Assembly (NCBI RefSeq): GCF_018350175.1
Contig: NC_058368.1
Span: 180,794,001 to 180,858,000 of the forward strand
DNA from: Felis catus
Taxonomy: Eukaryota
Direction of reading: 5' to 3'
Length of the DNA: 64,000 nucleotides
This document shows positions 61,036-64,000 of this stretch, one piece after another (within the stretch, counting starts at the first letter, position 1; every line of letters starts with the position of its first letter). The notes under the pieces were generated by a model. It did not search any database and was not told the origin of the DNA. It saw nothing but the letters and a program-made list of their open reading frames with translations. The position numbers were made by a program, and so were the translations under genes.

Positions 61036-64000
61036 GACTGCAATGGTCAGAAATGATGAGTTTGTGAGAATTACAAGTCTCTGGAGTGAATGGGCTTCCT
61101 GGAGAGGGGATGGCCAGACTGAGCTGGAGAAGAGTATGCAACTCTTGTCTCCTTTCTACATGTGACTACACTGAAGGGGAAAATCACATTGCAATGTGCC
61201 AAATACTTCAGTATAAGCTTTCTATTGTTTTAATTTCTCCACCACAAACTAGCAATAGATCAATGCTGAAGATATTCAAAATCTTGATATTGGTTTCAAT
61301 TCAAAGTTGGCAGTAAGGGGATTGAGAAATGGGAACATGCTGCTCCCCCCTCCCCCATTTCAACTGTGGTGCCAATATCCTGCCAAGAGAGGGATAAAAA
61401 GAACATCTGTATAAATAAATATGCTTTGTAACATCACTTAAACTTATTCTTCCTGCTTGATATTAAAATATCATGGGTGATAGTATGTGAAGCTTACTGC
61501 TTTCACCACTTTATCAAAGTTTATAAAACCCACTGATCTTTGGCATGGAGTTAACACACTCAAATCCCATGCAAACAGGATGCACTCAGTCATATAGTCA
61601 AGGCTCTGGACTATGTAAGAAAAAGAGGCAGGGGCATGAAGAGTTAAAGTACTCCAACCAGCTAGCTGGTCAGGGAGCTCGGGTGGGTGACCCTGTGGTT
61701 CACAACATCATGATTGCACTACTCCATCTCACTGAGGTTGCTGCAGAGTTTTGCTGGAGTCAAGATGCTGAGGAATGAATGCCTCCAGGTCTTCTAAGAG
61801 ATACCCCGTCATCCATCACTTCATGCTTGCCTGAACCTCCCTTGCTGTTTGGCCAATCCTGTTCCACTTGGGAATGCCTTCTCCTTTCTCTGCCCTTGCC
61901 CAAGGTATACCAGTGGCTGGCATAAGGAATAACGATCAGAGCATATACTCTGAGTAAAGCACTTCGACTTTCCACTTGCTCTTGAGAGAAGGAAAAGGTA
62001 CCTTGGATTTCTATTTTCAAAACCACATTGGACTAAAATTACCTTAAGCTCCCATCCTTTCCTTTGTTTCTTATATTAACATCTAACTTACCTCTAATCC
62101 ATTCCTTGGATATCTCTGAAGTTATTCTGCAGCATTTTTTTGCATGGCTATGAGGTTCTGAGATCTCAGAACACAGAGATAGCAGACTTGTGCCCTGACC
62201 TTAGGGAACTCAATGTCTCTGAAAGGAATATGCAAAATAATGTTAACTCACTCACTGCCTCTTCCCACTGACTTTGTCTAATGCATTTCATCAGCATGTG
62301 TTTAGTCAGTGCCTACTATGTGCTAGCACTATGCTACTTGCTGGGGGATCCAACATGAACTAGAGAGGGCATGGTTAGTGACCCCTCAAAGAACTTCATT
62401 CAAGAGAAACTTAAAATGAATCATTCATGGGTTGTAAGTCTTCATTCCTGATTGTACATATTTCTGTAGTCTAACAGTGCCCCTGGAAGGCAAGGACACT
62501 GTCAGGCACAAAGAAAACATCAATAAATATTCATTGCATGAGTGACTGCTGGGGGTTGACCGCCCACAGCTTCCTGCACCCCAGTATGGGCTCTCCTATT
62601 GGTGCTTCCAGGATTAACTGAGGGTATCTCAGTTGTAGTGTTGGTGCCTAACACAGAGCAGGTGCCCAACAGATATTTGTTGGTCTCATTTGGATTTATC
62701 ACCTCACTACAGCATGAATTGTCATTTCTGTGCAATGATTCCATTCTACAGTAATAATTAAAACCACAGGCAGTTATATTTATATCAGGGAAAACATGAT
62801 ATGATCATCCCTTATCACAAAAGGAAATATAAAATCATTCTTAATTCTAGAGATTGTTGCAGTTGAAAAAAAATTCAAATCTTCTAATAAGAAGTTTATA
62901 TTTTGAGCTCTTAATAACAGGTTTTTGATGCATAAACATGCTTTTTTCCTAGGGTTTGTTTAACCAAAAAATATGTATTCATAAATTGCATAGTCCTCAA
63001 TTTAGCAGAGATCTAAAGAGAATCTGAGAGTAATGATAGGTTCTTGCTCTTATGAATTTAACTGTGCTGCCATGGATTTACTTATTTTAATGTAACTTAG
63101 GATAAATTATTCCTCTATAAATATAACTCTTTCAAGATTCAGAATATTTCATTCTGTGGAAGGACATGATACAGTATCAGTATTCAAAACAAAGGATGCT
63201 AAGTGTTCAGAACTATGTGCCCATAGAAGAGTGATTTAATAATAGTAAAATTGTACTATAGGGTTGTGCTTCCCTTTTTTGGAGAAAATGAATATGAACT
63301 GAACTATAAGTTAGTGGGTTTCAATGATGGCTCCTTTTGTGCAAGAGCAGTTTGAATCTTGGATCCATAAAGAAATTCAAGGATGTTAGAAGTTCTTCTC
63401 CCAAACAGAACCTACTTTGCATGTCTTTATTCTTTTTATTTATAACAGAGAAAAAGAAAGTATTAAATACACATTTTGAAGAGGCAATTATAGTAAGTTT
63501 TGGCATCCTGGTTACCCCAGGGAATCACATCTGTGAGACTGCCATTTTACGTGATTATTGCCCTGAAAAACAAACGCATTTCAACTTGCATGCCGATTTG
63601 ATTGATTAGTAGTGGCTGCTTAGAGGACTGTTGAGAAGTATTGGCAGGCTGCATCTGCTCCCAGTAGGAAAAAGGGGCTGTGATCGATTAGTGATGTCTA
63701 CCCTGGGTGCAAGAATGAGAAGTGATAACACATGTGTTTAGTATCTGCCAAAATGAATTGTAATGCCAAAATCAGGAGAGAAAACTCATTTTTTTCTGGT
63801 ATTGCTGATATATAATTAAGCTACACATCCAAACAGGCCAGGTTTTTATAGAAGTCAAAATTAAGACCTATGCAACTTCTATCCTAGAAGTCAAGTCACT
63901 GGTCAGTAATTGTATAATAAGTCCAGTTTGCTCTTAAATTAAAAAATACATATATGTACTGACACAAAGTCTAACACTGTGTACAAATATAGTTTGTGTT

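Larger units (their letters stand above)
24137..64000 (-). other. TENM2: TENM2 intron upstream of the exon (previous known coding exon lies outside the window)
   Basis: Acceptor at 24137-24138. No other recognisable teneurin peptide in 24137-64000. Confidence 0.75.

Noticed and set aside
62085..62100. Strong minus-strand donor GAG|GTAAGT
   Set aside because: No convincing upstream acceptor or open frame; isolated donors are common.
1..64000. CRISPR array, operon or other prokaryote-like or novel multi-gene system
   Set aside because: The sequence is mammalian intron; the recurring repeats are dispersed SINEs with TSDs, not regularly spaced repeat-spacer units, and no long ORFs are present.

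Overview
Mammalian genomic DNA from a felid, judged from about 19 Can-SINE (SINEC_Fc-type) insertions and feline/carnivore L1 3' ends. The window is almost entirely intron of a large minus-strand gene, which I identify as TENM2 (teneurin-2). Only one confident coding exon is present: 235 nt at 23902-24136 (-), encoding part of the intracellular domain, (G)[77 protein letters not shown](R). The supplied ORF track misses this frame, and its ORFs look like chance or repeat-derived frames. The rest is young SINEs, L1 fragments, old MIR/L2/MaLR/ERVL/hAT remnants, microsatellites and repeat-free tracts that may be regulatory. I see no evidence for a new multi-gene system. The best leads are (i) candidate unannotated small exons upstream of the coding exon, especially a 22-nt microexon with the same entry and exit phases as the coding exon, (ii) nested and serial retrotransposon insertions with readable target-site duplications (TSDs), and (iii) hairpins and motif clusters in unique sequence. 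Repeat subfamily names come from recall of consensus sequences, and the boundaries of old repeats are approximate.
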